In this document: positions 8,471 through 18,799 of the stretch, one piece after another
How the letters are laid out: each line of letters begins with the position of its first letter
Numbering within the stretch: the stretch's first letter is position 1
Virus record (IMG/VR): IMGVR_UViG_3300009008_000022
Location: 1-64,000 of that record
Direction: 5' to 3' (one strand)
Length of the DNA stretch: 64,000 nt
DNA from: a virus
Translations under genes and position numbers: made by a program
The notes under the pieces: model-generated
What the model was told of the DNA's origin: nothing
The model's database searches: none
What the model saw: the letters and a program-made list of their open reading frames with translations, nothing else

Positions 8471-10810
8471 ATGGCAGCTTCGACACTCTACTTTAATGGG
8501 CGGCTGTACCGGCGGCCTGGATCATACTCGACTGTGGACGCCAGCGCCCTGGACGCGGTTGGAATCAGCGCCACCGGGATCGTGGCCGTGGTGGGCACCT
8601 CGAAGGGCGGCAAGCCCTACAGCGCGGTGTCCAGCTCCGACGTGAAGGGCACGCTCCAGGCCAGCACCAGCCCCGGCAAGGCGAAGGGGTTTTTCCAGAA
8701 GGGCAGCCAGATGATCGAGGCTGAGAGCTTCCTCTTTAACCCGTCCGCGGACGAGGATATTGAAGGTGGCGCGCAGAAGGTGTTTTGGGTCAAGCCCAAC
8801 AAGAGCACCGCCTCGACGCTGGCAATGGCAAACGGTGACGGGCAGGCCATTGTCTACACGTCCGAGGACTACGGCTACCATACTCAGCAGATCTCCATTG
8901 CCCAGGGCGCCGGCACCTCCAAGGGCAAGCTGATCACAATCACCGGGCCGTACCAGGGCGTGCAGACCACCGAGGCGTTCGATAACGTGGGCGGTGACGT
9001 GCTGTTTACCTGGAAGTATCTCGCCACAGCTCCGGCCGGCGGGTTTACCACGATCACGGCCACCGCCAGCGCCACCGCGCTGCTTGCTGCTTTCACCCGA
9101 GACAGCGCCAGCCTGACCGGCGAGATCGATGCGCAGATCACCGCGGGCAACGCGATTGAGCTGTCCAGCGCCGACGCGGGCGACACACAGGTGGTCCGTG
9201 TTTACGGCATGGACAACGCCGCGACTCCGGCCGCGCAGACCGAGGAGATCACCCTGAACGGCACCACCGCGGTTTTGGGCACCGCGGTGTGGAGCAAGAT
9301 CCACGGGATCAGCATCCCGACCGCACCGGCCGGCACCGTGACCGCCAAAAACGGCGCAGGCGGCGCCACCGTGGCGACCCTGACGCCGGCAGCTCTGACC
9401 AAGGGCCTGTCGGTCTGTTCTGACTGCCCGGTGGGCAAGGGCACCCTGTCGGTCAAGGCCAGCGGCGCCTCCACCGACAAGGTTGGCGTCTACGGCCTGA
9501 GCGCCAGCGGCACCTTGCAGTACGAGGTGATCACCCTGGCAGGCACTACCCCGGTTGCGGGAACCTCCACATGGAGCCGGATCGATTATGTGGCAATGGG
9601 CGCGGTTGCCACCGTGACCGTGACCGTGAGCGGCACCGCGGCGGCCGTGTATTTCTCCGGCTACGACACGATCCAGAAGGCGGCGGATTACATCAACGGC
9701 TTGGGGGGCATGACCTTCACCGTCGTGACCGGCAAGACCGGCTACCTGCTAACCAACCTGGACCGGATCAGTACCGGCGTGAGCATCAAAACCACGGCGT
9801 ACAGCTTCTACGGCGATCTGTGGGCGATCATCGAGAAGATTAACGCGGAGTCCGGCCTGGTGACGGCGGCCCGCGGCAGCGTGGGCTCCGGCGTGCCGAC
9901 CAACGCGGCGGCGCAGTACATGGCCGGCGGCAATGAGGGCAGCTCCACGCCAGGGCAGGAAGGCACCCCGACCGCCACCGCGGCAGACTGGCAGGCAAGC
10001 CTGGATCTGCTCAAAAAGGTGTTCGTCAACACCGTGGTGGTTTTGACCCCGGACGCGGCGGTCCATGCGCAGCTCAAGGCCCACTGTGCCTATATGGGCG
10101 GCGCCGGCCAGATGGAGCGCGACGGGATCGTTGGCGTGATGAATGCCGCGAAAACCGGCATGGCGACAAAGACCGAGATCAAGAGCCAGATCGTTGCGAT
10201 CAACTCGCGGCACCTTCGCGTGGTGGCGCAGCGGGTCCAGCGTTACAACGCGGCCGGCAGTAAGGAAACATTCGAGCCCTACATGGCGGCGCTCCTGGCG
10301 GCCGGTATGCAGGCCGGGTCCGAGGTGGGCACCAGTTTGACCAACAAGCTGATGAGCACCTTGAAGATCGAACAGGACAGCTCGTGGAATCCCGCCGACG
10401 ACGCGGAGGAAATGCTGGAGGCCGGCTTGCTGTTTGGCGAGGTGGTTGACGGCCAGGGCATCCGGTGGGTCCGCAACGTCACGAGCTGTGTTAGCTCAAA
10501 CAACCTGAGAGACACCGACGCGAACGTCAACGAAGCGGTTAATGTTTTTGTCTACAACTTCCGTTCCGAGATGGAAAGGGCCGTGGGCGCCCGTGGCTTT
10601 GCTTCGACCGTAGCCGCCACCGATGGTGTGGCGCGGGAAAAGCTCCGCGTGCTCACCGGCGTGGCAATCGTGACCTGGCGGTCGCTGAACATCACGCTCA
10701 CCCTGGACGTGCTTGCCATCGACGTTGAGGTCGCGCCGGTTATCAGCATCAACTTTGTGCGAAACACGATCCATCTGGTGAGCGCACCGATCAGCAACGT
10801 CGCCAGCTAA
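8471..10810 (+). CDS. Tail sheath protein
   Basis: 779 aa. N-terminal FNGR..RRPG.YS; C-terminal AAG......SLTNK...A.EMLEAG...IRWVRNVT...V.VAPV.SINF. Confidence 0.88.
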   Translation: MAASTLYFNGRLYRRPGSYSTVDASALDAVGISATGIVAVVGTSKGGKPYSAVSSSDVKGTLQASTSPGKAKGFFQKGSQMIEAESFLFNPSADEDIEGGAQKVFWVKPNKSTASTLAMANGDGQAIVYTSEDYGYHTQQISIAQGAGTSKGKLITITGPYQGVQTTEAFDNVGGDVLFTWKYLATAPAGGFTTITATASATALLAAFTRDSASLTGEIDAQITAGNAIELSSADAGDTQVVRVYGMDNAATPAAQTEEITLNGTTAVLGTAVWSKIHGISIPTAPAGTVTAKNGAGGATVATLTPAALTKGLSVCSDCPVGKGTLSVKASGASTDKVGVYGLSASGTLQYEVITLAGTTPVAGTSTWSRIDYVAMGAVATVTVTVSGTAAAVYFSGYDTIQKAADYINGLGGMTFTVVTGKTGYLLTNLDRISTGVSIKTTAYSFYGDLWAIIEKINAESGLVTAARGSVGSGVPTNAAAQYMAGGNEGSSTPGQEGTPTATAADWQASLDLLKKVFVNTVVVLTPDAAVHAQLKAHCAYMGGAGQMERDGIVGVMNAAKTGMATKTEIKSQIVAINSRHLRVVAQRVQRYNAAGSKETFEPYMAALLAAGMQAGSEVGTSLTNKLMSTLKIEQDSSWNPADDAEEMLEAGLLFGEVVDGQGIRWVRNVTSCVSSNNLRDTDANVNEAVNVFVYNFRSEMERAVGARGFASTVAATDGVAREKLRVLTGVAIVTWRSLNITLTLDVLAIDVEVAPVISINFVRNTIHLVSAPISNVAS

Positions 10811-10822
10811 GCGAGGTCTATC

Positions 10823-11275
10823 ATGGCAACCAAGCCGACAACGAAAAGCATCACCGCGGCACGGTGCAGGATCCAGATCAACGGCAAGATCATCGGGTTT
10901 GGCACCGGCCTGCAATGCAACGTCACCTATTCTTACCAGCCGGTTGAGGTGATCGATAACCTGGAAACAGAGGAGCACGCGCCCGTAGGCTATACCGTGG
11001 ACGGGTCAATCTCCCTGGTGGAGATCAGCAAGCGCAGCTCCACCACCATGGGGCTCCGGCCGCCGCGGGGGAAGGACGCAGACGAGCATCTGCAAAACCT
11101 GCTGCTGATGGACGACGCCGTGATCGTGCTGATGGACAAGGGCGTGAACAAGAACTTCAGGCAGATCCAGGGCGTGCGGTTCAATTCGGACGGTTTCAGC
11201 GTGAATGCTCGCGGTATCGCGGGCGTCAACGTCGGCTTCCACGCGATCAGGGAATTGGACGTGAGCGAGCTGTAA
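10823..11275 (+). CDS. Tail tube protein
   Basis: 150 aa directly after the sheath; I.INGK.IG...PV...EH.P..Y pattern. Confidence 0.82.
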   Translation: MATKPTTKSITAARCRIQINGKIIGFGTGLQCNVTYSYQPVEVIDNLETEEHAPVGYTVDGSISLVEISKRSSTTMGLRPPRGKDADEHLQNLLLMDDAVIVLMDKGVNKNFRQIQGVRFNSDGFSVNARGIAGVNVGFHAIRELDVSEL

Positions 11276-11308
11276 CCACCACGCAGTACCAAAACGGAGG
11301 GCGCCACC

Positions 11309-11719
11309 ATGACCGAGGGCAATCGTGATCCCGGCAAGGACAGGAGCAAGAAAGAGTTTAGCTTCCGCCTTCGCCACGAAACCAACCGCGGGCGAGTCTA
11401 CGAGGGCAACTTTACAAACCGGATCCTGTCCAACGGCCAGCGATTGCAAGTCAAGGCGCTGGCAGCTCGGTACAGGGACAACGCACCGATCAGCTCGATT
11501 GATCGGGCCGCGTTTGCCTTTTCGGAAGCCTTGGCTCATGTGTCAGTCAGCTTGGACCCTGAAGATCTGCCGGCCTGGGCGGAAGATCTCGAAGCCCTGT
11601 TTGACGAGTCCGTTATCTATGCGCTCTATGAGGAGGTGGCCCAGCATGAGGCCATATTTCACGGACGCGCAGCGGATCCGGGAGCTGGCGATAGCGAGGG
11701 CGCAGAGGGAGAGGGATAG
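11309..11719 (+). CDS. Tail assembly chaperone (G-like)
   Basis: Between tube and tape measure; P.W..........LYEEV...E..F ending. Confidence 0.72.
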   Translation: MTEGNRDPGKDRSKKEFSFRLRHETNRGRVYEGNFTNRILSNGQRLQVKALAARYRDNAPISSIDRAAFAFSEALAHVSVSLDPEDLPAWAEDLEALFDESVIYALYEEVAQHEAIFHGRAADPGAGDSEGAEGEG

Positions 11720-12035
11720 CCTGTATTGCTGGTGGCGCGACCGCTACCAGCCGCAGGTTGCGCAGCCCTGGGAGGACCGCACGCCTGGCGGTCTGCTCGA
11801 AGAATACTATTACACTCTCGCGGTGGAGCTGGAGCGCGCCAGGGCGGACTGGCGGCGCGAGCCTACCCCTGAGTCGCGCGAGCGCGTGCAAGAGCTGGAG
11901 CGCGTGCTGGCGGGCCAGGGCGAGGCGGATACGGAGGACCGGCGCTGGCTGGACGACATGATGGATCGTTTGGAGGCAGGCGACGACGGCGAGCCAGGCG
12001 GTGACGAGCTGGAGTGGAGCAACCCCAATGGCTGA
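11646..12035 (+). CDS. Second tail assembly chaperone (T-like), overlapping in the +1 frame
   Basis: LYCWWRDRY..P..PWEDRT...LLEEYY. Reached either by frameshift at ATA-TTT-CAC or from ATG 11646, which has an AGGAGGT SD. Confidence 0.6.
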   Translation: MRPYFTDAQRIRELAIARAQRERDSLYCWWRDRYQPQVAQPWEDRTPGGLLEEYYYTLAVELERARADWRREPTPESRERVQELERVLAGQGEADTEDRRWLDDMMDRLEAGDDGEPGGDELEWSNPNG

Positions 12036-14148
12036 TGTTGAAACTGGCGTAAAAATCACCTCCAAGGGCAACGCCCTACAGGGGATCAAGCGGGACATGG
12101 ACGCGGCGTTTAACCCGCGCTCTGTCAAGGAATTTACCAAAACCGCCAAAGAACTAGAGGCAGAGCTGAGCCGCGTCAACCGCGAGCAGTCCAAGATCGC
12201 TTTGCAGCTCCGCGAGGTGGACAAGGGGTCCGACGCATACGTCAAGCTCCGCGACCGAATGGCGGACGTGAAAGAGGAAGCCGCCCTAGTCAATACGGCC
12301 CTGTCGAACCTACGCCGCGAGCACAACGAATTTGCCCGCCAGATGGATCAGGCAGACCGCAAGGCGGCTACTCCGGCTGGCCCTGGCATGGGCCGCAGTT
12401 TTGTTGCTGGCATGGCCCAGGGCGTTGGCGTGGCGCAGTACATTCCCGCGGATCGGGGCATGGCCGGCCGAATGGGCGGCGCCATGGTTGGCGGCATGTT
12501 GCGCGGCGGGCTAAACCGCGGCATAGGCGCAGCCACCACCCCTGGCGTGGGCGGCCTGGCTGGTCTGTTAAATGCGGTCCCCTGGATAGGTCCAGCTCTG
12601 GCTGGCGGCGTGCAACAGGGCGCTTCGCTGGTGCAAGAGCGCATGGGATTCGACGCGCAGCGGTTGCAAAACCTGCCCTATGCGGTTGGTAGCGTGGAAG
12701 GGCTACAGCGTGCCGCGCAGCTCGCGGGCCAGTCCAGATCGACAAAGGTGCCAACTGCCAAGGTTGCAACGCCGGCCGGCCATGCTGCCAACCCTTTGGC
12801 ACCACCGCCGGGGTTGGGGCTAACGCCGGTTGAGGCGGCGTTGTGGCAGGGAATGATGGAAACGCGCCGGGAAAAGTCGATTGCCCACACGCTTGCAACG
12901 GGTGAAACGGGAATGACGGGTGATTGGGAGATCGACTCATATCGTCGCCACAAGAATCAGTCGTACCTTCAGAAATACGGCATGGCAAAGGCCGACGAGT
13001 CTAAGCAAATACAGGCCGCCATGGACAAAAAGAGCGCGCTAAAGACGCAGGCGGGAGCCATGACGGGCGCGTCACTTAACTGGACTCCAGGCGCCGGGTT
13101 TGGGGCTGACCTTGGGTTTGGAGCTTCGCAGGTACAGAGCGCCTGGGGTAGTTTCATGGGAGCCAGGGGAGGATCGGGCGGCGTGGGGCCGCGCGGTTTC
13201 AGGGAAGCGTTGTCGATACAGCGCCTATTCGGGATCGACACGGGGACTCAAGGCCAGTACGCGCGGCAGTTTATGCCAGGCGCGGGCGGCAAAAGCGGCG
13301 CGGGATCCAGTCTTAACTTCACCCTGGGCACCGCGATCATGCAGGGGTTGCAGGGCGCGCAGATTGGCGAGTACCTGCAAGGGATCCTCACGCATACCAA
13401 GGCCATGGAACAGGAAGGGATCAAATTCAGCGTCAAGAACTTGACCGGCACCGCGGCCATGATGAACGCCGTTGGTCTGCAAGGGCTACAGGCTCAGCGG
13501 GTGTCCGGCGGGCTACAGCAATCAGCGCGTAGCCTGTCGGCTGGCGGCGTGCAAAACCCGATTCAAGTGCTCATGGCACGGGCCGCGGGCTGGACGCCGG
13601 AAGGCGGCGCTGAGAGTTACGCCGGAGCCATGAACAAGCTCGCCGGGGGCATGACGCCGCAGATGATGGAAAAATTCCTGGGCATGATCATGCAAGGCAC
13701 GTCGTCGTGGGGAAAGCAAATGCGCACGCTGCTTGTCCGGCGGGCGTTGCGCCAGGCCGGCGCTGCAATCGGTCCAGACCAGGCCGAGATGTTCATTGAT
13801 AGCTTTCAGGACGGTCGGCTAACCGACGAGGCCAGGGAGGAGTTAGCCGGCTCCATGGGCGCGGCGGGGGAGATAGCGAAAAAGGGGTTTAGCGGGGCAG
13901 CTTCGGCCGGCACCGGCGCCCGCGGCGGCCTAACCACCACCGGAACAGCCATGGAGGCAGAGCGCCTAAAGAGCGCAAATCGCAAGATGGCGCGCGTTGT
14001 CCAGGCTTGGCAAACCTCAAGCATTGCCATGGCAAACGCAATGACGCCGCTTGCAGAGCAATTCAAAGAGCTGGCCGGACTGTCTAAGAGCTTTGCCGCG
14101 ATAATGGAGAAGGGGATAACCAAGCTGGCTGACGTGCTGAACGACTAA
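12028..14148 (+). CDS. Tape measure protein
   Basis: About 706 aa, Ala/Gly/Met-rich and helical, after the chaperones; ATG overlaps the previous ORF end. Confidence 0.8.
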   Translation: MADVETGVKITSKGNALQGIKRDMDAAFNPRSVKEFTKTAKELEAELSRVNREQSKIALQLREVDKGSDAYVKLRDRMADVKEEAALVNTALSNLRREHNEFARQMDQADRKAATPAGPGMGRSFVAGMAQGVGVAQYIPADRGMAGRMGGAMVGGMLRGGLNRGIGAATTPGVGGLAGLLNAVPWIGPALAGGVQQGASLVQERMGFDAQRLQNLPYAVGSVEGLQRAAQLAGQSRSTKVPTAKVATPAGHAANPLAPPPGLGLTPVEAALWQGMMETRREKSIAHTLATGETGMTGDWEIDSYRRHKNQSYLQKYGMAKADESKQIQAAMDKKSALKTQAGAMTGASLNWTPGAGFGADLGFGASQVQSAWGSFMGARGGSGGVGPRGFREALSIQRLFGIDTGTQGQYARQFMPGAGGKSGAGSSLNFTLGTAIMQGLQGAQIGEYLQGILTHTKAMEQEGIKFSVKNLTGTAAMMNAVGLQGLQAQRVSGGLQQSARSLSAGGVQNPIQVLMARAAGWTPEGGAESYAGAMNKLAGGMTPQMMEKFLGMIMQGTSSWGKQMRTLLVRRALRQAGAAIGPDQAEMFIDSFQDGRLTDEAREELAGSMGAAGEIAKKGFSGAASAGTGARGGLTTTGTAMEAERLKSANRKMARVVQAWQTSSIAMANAMTPLAEQFKELAGLSKSFAAIMEKGITKLADVLND

Positions 14149-15713
14149 TGATCGTCCCGCTAAATTACACCGGCATGAGCGCCACCGGCGAAAAGTCGGT
14201 GAGGTGCCACACGCGCGTGGGCATGGTGTTCTACCCGCAGTCCGATCCGATCCGTGACAGCTCGACCGGCGGCAACGGGATCAAGCGCGGGTCTGGGCTT
14301 TCCAAGCGGATCATTTGGGACGCCAAGCGCACCGAGGGCACGTTGCGGTCGCTGAGCTGGCAGAAGGCCGGCGGCCAGCCGTCCGGCCGGTGGAGCGCCA
14401 CGGTAAAGGACACTTCGCCTTACAAGCTGGACATTTCCGGCGGTGACATTCTGCCCGACGATTGGGTTGATATTTACATCGTGCGCAACGGCTACCCGAT
14501 CCCACTGTGCCGCGGGATCGTGGACACCGTGACAGAGCGGAAGGAATCGATCAGCGGCGCCACGGTGCGCACCTGGGAGCTTACCGGCCGGGATCATGGC
14601 GCCCCGATGGAGTTTCCGGTGGCCTACACGAATATGTGGGCGCGGAAGATCGAGGAAGTAGCCTCTGGCTTTCTCACGCAGCGCGTTGACGGGTCCATCG
14701 GCGGGGATCCGGCGACCATGTTCAAGAAGGTGCTGAAGGCGGCGCTCACTGGATCCGGCACTACAAGCCCGTGGGAGCTGCCAGGATCACTGACCGCGGC
14801 GGTCCAGGCCGCCGGTGGTGGGCTCGCCCTGGGCGTGCTGGACATGCTCACGTTCAAGACCGACAGCCCGACCCGCGGCGGCTACTTCAACGAGCCAATG
14901 CTCTGGACTCAGGCGGGCCAGAGCATCTTCGAGATGCTTAACCAGTGGTGCAATCCGCTACTTAACGAGATGTTTTTTGACGTGGAGCACGGCACCGCCC
15001 AGGCCGGCCAGCTCATGCCGTTCAAGCAGACCGCGGTGATCCGCGAGCGGCCGTTTGTGATCTCAACCCGCGCTCTGGAGTTTCTTGCTGCCAGTGGGCC
15101 AGGGGAGATCAAGAGCGGAGCGAACAGCCCGTGGTTCCAGCTCCCGCTGTGGAAAATCCCGCATTGGCTGGTTACGTCTAGCAGCCTGTCCCGTAGCAAT
15201 ACGGAGCGGTTTAACTTGTTCCAGCTCCTAGCGGACGTGGGCTTTGGCGGTGTGGAGTCAGAACAGATCGCGCAGGCGCCGCCTAGCTGGCTCAAGGACA
15301 GCGTGCGCAAGCACGGGCTGCGCTACTTTCAGCGCAACACCAACTATGTGGCAGGCGCCGCCCTGGGCGGGCAGGGCACCGGCAAGTGGGTACAGGAGCG
15401 CAAGGACTGGCAACGGCTGCTCGTGGATTGGTACTGCCTTAACCCGTACTTTTTGAGCGGGTCAGTGTCCGTCCCTGTCCCCCTGCCCGAGATCCGGTTT
15501 GGCGACCGGATCAGGGTGGAAACCGGCACCGCGTCCGAGGATTTAACCTGCTACGTCGAGGCCGTGGGCTTTAACTACCAGGCCAGCGAATCAGCTAATC
15601 AGCCGCCGCGGTGCTCTAGCAACTTCACCCTGTCTCGTGGCTGGAAGGGCACCGACAGCAGCTTGCTAGACGCCGTGCTGACCATGGGCGGCAAGCATGA
15701 GGTGGCGCTGTGA
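14148..15713 (+). CDS. Baseplate hub/tail protein
   Basis: GIVDTV...LTGRD, NEMFFD, RERPF and C-terminal IRFGDRI...YVEAV...TLSRG. Confidence 0.7.
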   Translation: MIVPLNYTGMSATGEKSVRCHTRVGMVFYPQSDPIRDSSTGGNGIKRGSGLSKRIIWDAKRTEGTLRSLSWQKAGGQPSGRWSATVKDTSPYKLDISGGDILPDDWVDIYIVRNGYPIPLCRGIVDTVTERKESISGATVRTWELTGRDHGAPMEFPVAYTNMWARKIEEVASGFLTQRVDGSIGGDPATMFKKVLKAALTGSGTTSPWELPGSLTAAVQAAGGGLALGVLDMLTFKTDSPTRGGYFNEPMLWTQAGQSIFEMLNQWCNPLLNEMFFDVEHGTAQAGQLMPFKQTAVIRERPFVISTRALEFLAASGPGEIKSGANSPWFQLPLWKIPHWLVTSSSLSRSNTERFNLFQLLADVGFGGVESEQIAQAPPSWLKDSVRKHGLRYFQRNTNYVAGAALGGQGTGKWVQERKDWQRLLVDWYCLNPYFLSGSVSVPVPLPEIRFGDRIRVETGTASEDLTCYVEAVGFNYQASESANQPPRCSSNFTLSRGWKGTDSSLLDAVLTMGGKHEVAL

Positions 15714-16912
15714 AAAACCCTTACAGCGTGCAGCAAGGCCGCGGTGGCGCCGTCGTGCAGTCCGGTGTGCCAAGCGGCGAGGCGCGGCCGGCCTGGGCAG
15801 GGCAGCCCATGGGGCTACTTTGCGAGGCCGTGGTGACGGCTGTTTACTACCCGGAAGAAGATACCAGGGCGGTGGTCAAGGGCACGCAAAAGGCCGTGAC
15901 ATGCGACGTGAGGCTGTTGCGCAGCGGCCAGCCAGTCTACCGTGTGCCCGTGCTGCAATGGCACCAGCTCCACGATCAGGACATCAAGATCCCGCGGCCG
16001 GCGGCGCTAAACACGGCCGGCGGCAAACTGGCCCCGTTTCAGAAGGGCTCCACCGGCGCAGCTCCAACGGTGGCCGATAAGATGGACGGCGACCGCGTGA
16101 TCGTCGGCTTCCTTGAGTCGAGCTGGAACCGGCCGGTGATTCTGCCGTTCTGTCAGCCGCACGGCGACACCCGGCAGAAGATCGTTAAGAGCGCGGGCCG
16201 CGTGCGCCGGATCCGGCATTCAGGCTCCATGCTGGAGATCAAGAGCGGGGGAGACATTGCCCTGGACGCCACCGGCGCGGCGAAGGAATCCCTTTCTGCC
16301 ACTGGCGCGGAGCAGAGCAACAGCGGCACGGGCGGCAAGATCACGATCCAGACACAGGACAGCTCCAAAGCGGCCAGCAGCATCGTACTGGATACCAGCG
16401 GCGGGATTAAGCTGCTCGACGCGGCCGGTGATTATGTCGAGCTAACCAAGTCCAGCAAGCAGATCAAGGCCGTGGCCGGACTGGCCCTTGACGTGACCGC
16501 CCCCACGGTGAAATTCAAGGCAACGTCAGCGTTTCAGGTAAACAGTGGGCCGGCGACCATTACCAGCACGGGCGCCGTGAGCGCCACCGGCACGTCGATC
16601 AGCGCCACCGCAACCGGGGCAATCTCGCTCACCGCCGCAGCTCAGGCAACGATTGCGGCCAGCTCCATCACGGGCAACGCCGGCAGCATCATTCTCGGCC
16701 TAACGGCGCCCCTGCCCCTGATCAAGCACACGCCGTGGGCTACCGTGTGGGGCGACCTAAACAGCGAAGCTACCAACCAGATCAAGCAGTATCTCGGCCC
16801 ACCGCCGATGCAGCAAGTTGCGGTTGCTGATTACATTAAACTGCTCCAAAAGGTGCTTGCCGTGGCCGGAGCATTTCCTAGCTTAACTACGGTGATCACA
16901 AAGGCAGGGTAG
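15710..16912 (+). CDS. Baseplate spike (gpV/gp5-like)
   Basis: N-terminal OB-like region GDRVIVGFL....RPVI followed by Ser/Thr/Ala/Gly beta-helix repeats. Confidence 0.72.
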   Translation: MKNPYSVQQGRGGAVVQSGVPSGEARPAWAGQPMGLLCEAVVTAVYYPEEDTRAVVKGTQKAVTCDVRLLRSGQPVYRVPVLQWHQLHDQDIKIPRPAALNTAGGKLAPFQKGSTGAAPTVADKMDGDRVIVGFLESSWNRPVILPFCQPHGDTRQKIVKSAGRVRRIRHSGSMLEIKSGGDIALDATGAAKESLSATGAEQSNSGTGGKITIQTQDSSKAASSIVLDTSGGIKLLDAAGDYVELTKSSKQIKAVAGLALDVTAPTVKFKATSAFQVNSGPATITSTGAVSATGTSISATATGAISLTAAAQATIAASSITGNAGSIILGLTAPLPLIKHTPWATVWGDLNSEATNQIKQYLGPPPMQQVAVADYIKLLQKVLAVAGAFPSLTTVITKAG

Positions 16913-16914
16913 CC

Positions 16915-18789
16915 ATGCCAGGTATTAGCATCCGAAAGGCGCTGACCGAGTACTACCGGCAGCAAACAACCAAAGACGACCTTTGGCACAAGAAAAAGCC
17001 CTACGTCTTTTCGCTGGTCACTCTGCCTGGCAAGGGTCCAGCCGGCCCGACCGGCACGGCTTATTTCCCCCTGCCGCTTAACCCTGACAACCTGGAGATC
17101 AACTATCCCTTTGCAGGCCAGGTGACGCTCTGCCAGGACGGCGGCGTGGTGGTGGAGGAAAACGGGATCCTGACCGGCACGATCCGAATCAGCGCCACAA
17201 CGGGCTGGCACATGCGCAAGACTCAAGACACGTCTACCGGCCCTGGCGACGGCAAGCTAACCGGGCTCATGGCTACGTCTAACGCTTACCAGTCGCCGAT
17301 CAGTGGGCAAATGCACGCCTGGCGCCTGGTACACCGGCTGTTTGGCGCCTACGGCGCGCTGGTACAGGATCCGCAGACCAGCGCCAAAACCCACATGGAG
17401 TTTCACAGCCTGAAAGACCGGCTGCATCTGAAAGTCATACCGCGGAACGTAAGCATTCGACGGGACCGGAGCGAGGCGCGGCTAACCTACCGCCTCAACA
17501 TCGAGCTGGAGATCGTAGGCGCGGCCGAGAAGGCTAAATTCCTGGCTCCAGGGAAAACCGCGCTGCAAAAAATCAAGGACATGATCGCGGACGGCCGCAA
17601 GTACGCCAACATGCTGTCCGCCCAGGTGGACGAGCTAACCGCGGTGGCGGGGGAGCTGAAAGGCGAGATTGCCAAGATCAGCGGCATCATCGACAGCGCG
17701 GGTCAACTGGTGAGCGCGTGCAACGATTTTATTACTGGCGTCAAGTCGTTTGTCGATATTCCGGCCGGCACCGTGAGCAGCCTGACCGATCTCGTTGACG
17801 AGGCCGGCGCCCTGGCGGCCAACGTGACAGATTGGGATGCTCAGTATGAGGCGTTTCAATCCATGGGGGATCAGATCGACGGGCTCAGCGCGACGTTTGA
17901 AGGCCACTTTGACGAGGGGCTAGACGCCAAGACGGCCGCGGTGGACAACGTAGCCACCCGCAGCCAGGGGCTTAATCAGTCCTCGTGGAAGAAAGCCAAG
18001 GCAGCCAAGGATGCAGCCGCGAGCAGCGGCGGCGCCATGAGCAGCGCGAGCGCCTACGGCAGCGAGTTTAAGCCGTCCGACTATGACAAGCTGAAAGCCG
18101 AAACCGGCGCCGGCAGTAGCGCCGGGTACAACGCTTTCGCAGAGCACACCGTGAAGCAGGGCGATACGCTGCAATCAATCGCAGCTCAGCACATGGGCTC
18201 GCCGTCGAGCTGGATCGACGTGGCCCTGGCGAACGGGCTCAGACCGCCCTACGTCACGCAGGGCGCCAGGGTGCCCAACGCCGTGCGGCCTGGGGATCCG
18301 ATTCTAATCCCGATCCATAACCCGGCCGCCGCAGCGGACGTGAGCAGCACCGGCAACCCCGCCCAGGGCGCGAGCCAGATCGAGGATCAGCTCGGCGTTG
18401 ACTTACTGCTGGTCCGCCTGGACACCGGAAAATACGGGTGGGCCGTGGACAGCCAGCACGGATCCGAGAGCATTCGGCGCGTGAGAGGTGCAAAGAATCT
18501 CAGTCAAGCTCTGGCGAAGCGGGTGCGTACTGAACAGGGCACAAACGTGTCGTTTCCAGAGGTGGGGCTACCTCGACTGATCGGTGAGAGCATCTTTGGC
18601 GGCGCGGACAGCGGCAGCGCCTACGCCATGGCGAGCTACGAGCTGCACCGGCAAATTGAGGCAGAGGACCGGATTCAGCGCGTAGCAAACATGACCTTTA
18701 CAGTGGACAAGGACGCACTCACGGCCGTGATTTATGCTGTGCCCGTGGGGTATGATACCTCCAGAGCAATAAACGTCACGCTAACCTAA
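16915..18789 (+). CDS. Tube-initiator / LysM / gp25-like baseplate fusion protein
   Basis: N-terminal LPLNPDNL..; LysM HTVKQGDTLQSIAAQHMG...W.DVA.AN.L; C-terminal G.KNLSQAL..R..TE.G....P.VG...EDRI..V. Confidence 0.7.
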   Translation: MPGISIRKALTEYYRQQTTKDDLWHKKKPYVFSLVTLPGKGPAGPTGTAYFPLPLNPDNLEINYPFAGQVTLCQDGGVVVEENGILTGTIRISATTGWHMRKTQDTSTGPGDGKLTGLMATSNAYQSPISGQMHAWRLVHRLFGAYGALVQDPQTSAKTHMEFHSLKDRLHLKVIPRNVSIRRDRSEARLTYRLNIELEIVGAAEKAKFLAPGKTALQKIKDMIADGRKYANMLSAQVDELTAVAGELKGEIAKISGIIDSAGQLVSACNDFITGVKSFVDIPAGTVSSLTDLVDEAGALAANVTDWDAQYEAFQSMGDQIDGLSATFEGHFDEGLDAKTAAVDNVATRSQGLNQSSWKKAKAAKDAAASSGGAMSSASAYGSEFKPSDYDKLKAETGAGSSAGYNAFAEHTVKQGDTLQSIAAQHMGSPSSWIDVALANGLRPPYVTQGARVPNAVRPGDPILIPIHNPAAAADVSSTGNPAQGASQIEDQLGVDLLLVRLDTGKYGWAVDSQHGSESIRRVRGAKNLSQALAKRVRTEQGTNVSFPEVGLPRLIGESIFGGADSGSAYAMASYELHRQIEAEDRIQRVANMTFTVDKDALTAVIYAVPVGYDTSRAINVTLT

Positions 18790-18799
18790 CGGGTGATTC

